Shown: piece by piece, positions 63,130 to 64,000 of the stretch
Position numbering within the stretch: position 1 is the first letter of the stretch
Layout: the number at the start of each line of letters is the position of its first letter
Assembly: GCA_965116785.1 (NCBI GenBank)
Contig: OZ220731.1
Span: 3,619,922-3,683,921, forward strand
DNA length: 64,000 nucleotides
From: Dehalococcoidia bacterium
GTDB lineage: Bacteria; Chloroflexota; Dehalococcoidia; Lucifugimonadales; UBA3495
Reading direction: 5' to 3'
The notes under the pieces: generated by a model
What the model was told of the DNA's origin: nothing
The model's database searches: none
What the model saw: only the letters and a program-made list of their open reading frames with translations
Position numbers and translations under genes: made by a program

Positions 63130-64000
63130 ATGAGCGACCTGGTACTGCGCACCGCCGTAGGAAATTACGGGCACACTACCCCCTTGAAGGATGGGACCAT
63201 CACGTCACCGGCGTTCAACATGGAGCACATCGAGGTGTCGCCGGTGACCAGCATCTTCCGGCGGATGGTGCGGGAGCTGGAGTTCGACGTGGCGGAAATG
63301 GCGCTGTCCACCTATCTCTGCGCCCGAGCGCACGGCAAACAGTTTACCGGCGTGCCCATCTTCCTGACGCGGGCCTTCTACCATGGCGGCATCGTGGTCA
63401 ACCGGAAGAGCGGAATCGAGACGCCGAAAGACCTGGAGGGCAAGCGGTTCGGCGTGCGCAGCTACACACTGACGCCAGGGGTGTGGACGCGGGGGTTGCT
63501 ACAGACCGAGTATGGCGTGGATCTGGACGCGGTGACGTGGGTGCTGTCGGGCGACGAGCACGTAGCAGAGTATGTGGCGCCGGCCAACGTGGTGTCGTCG
63601 CCCAACAACAACCTGGGCGAGATGCTGCTGTCGGGCGAGATTGACGCCGCCATCGGCGTGGGTCCCATAGACTCGCCGGACGTGCGGCCGCTGTTTGATG
63701 CGCCGGACACCGCCGACGCCGAGTGGCACCGCAAGACGGGCGTATATCCCATCAGCCACATGCTGGTGGTGAAGAACGCCGCGCTGGACGCCAACCCCGA
63801 GCTGGCGGCCGAGCTTTTCGAAACCTTCAACACGGCGCGCGCCCTCTACCTTGGCAAGATGCGCTCGGGGGATGCGGCCGCGCCGGAAGACCGGTTCCTG
63901 CACCAGATGGTGGACGTGGTGGGCGACGACCCGCTCCCCTACGGCGTGGAGAGCTCGCGGAAGACGCTGGAAACCTTCGTTGGCTTCAACGTGGACCAGA
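63130..64000 (+). CDS. Periplasmic-binding-fold protein of the '4,5-dihydroxyphthalate decarboxylase'-annotated family, 3'-truncated by the window edge
   Basis: ATG at 63130 follows GGGAGG. MSDLVLRTAVGNYGHTTPLKDG...IFRRMVRELEFDVAEMALSTYL...GVPIFLTRAFYHGGIVV...DLEGKRFGVRSYTLTPGVWTRGLLQTEYGVD is open to position 64000. It is absent from the track because no stop is reached. Confidence 0.7.
   Translation, partial: MSDLVLRTAVGNYGHTTPLKDGTITSPAFNMEHIEVSPVTSIFRRMVRELEFDVAEMALSTYLCARAHGKQFTGVPIFLTRAFYHGGIVVNRKSGIETPKDLEGKRFGVRSYTLTPGVWTRGLLQTEYGVDLDAVTWVLSGDEHVAEYVAPANVVSSPNNNLGEMLLSGEIDAAIGVGPIDSPDVRPLFDAPDTADAEWHRKTGVYPISHMLVVKNAALDANPELAAELFETFNTARALYLGKMRSGDAAAPEDRFLHQMVDVVGDDPLPYGVESSRKTLETFVGFNVDQ

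Overview
High-GC bacterial chromosomal segment: a hand count of one 100-nt housekeeping stretch gives about 67% G+C. Genes are densely packed and mostly ordinary housekeeping or metabolic. Gene content fits Chloroflexota or Actinomycetota, but I cannot decide the phylum from sequence alone.

Recognisable genes, in order:
- ftsY, an amidase, bluB divergent from cofE (F420 glutamyl ligase).
- A dnaJ-hspR-clpB heat-shock operon divergent from hsp20.
- dtd, rpsU, arsM, an enolase-superfamily enzyme, asparaginase, cyclophilin.
- Three MFS transporters, a DUF1800/NHL/DUF1501/GMC cluster, modABC, an SCO1664/DUF3090 pair, and gcvT-gcvH.

Several short AT-richer islets (about 42-50% G+C by hand count) interrupt this backbone:
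- The most interesting is at about 30.9-32.0 kb. It holds a tightly coupled pair: a ThsB/DUF1863-type TIR-like protein and a small three-helix membrane protein. I read this as a candidate minimal TIR-plus-membrane-effector anti-phage module.
- A stand-alone UvrD-like helicase (7.1-9.2 kb).
- Tandem vapBC and hicBA toxin-antitoxin pairs.
- An IS21 remnant with its terminal repeats.
- Several orphan small genes.

Other points:
- At least four families of short dispersed intergenic repeats, one carrying a perfect 4 x 18 bp tandem array.
- An uncharacterised paralogous protein family with an FDCFR..PHYHY motif.
- A dCTP deaminase gene broken by one nonsense codon and one frameshift.
- Three plausible ORFs absent from the supplied track.
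- A 1.4-kb gene-poor, hairpin-rich region upstream of the DUF3090 gene.

I found no rRNA, tRNA or CRISPR array. All family assignments come from motif recognition by eye and need HMM or BLAST confirmation.
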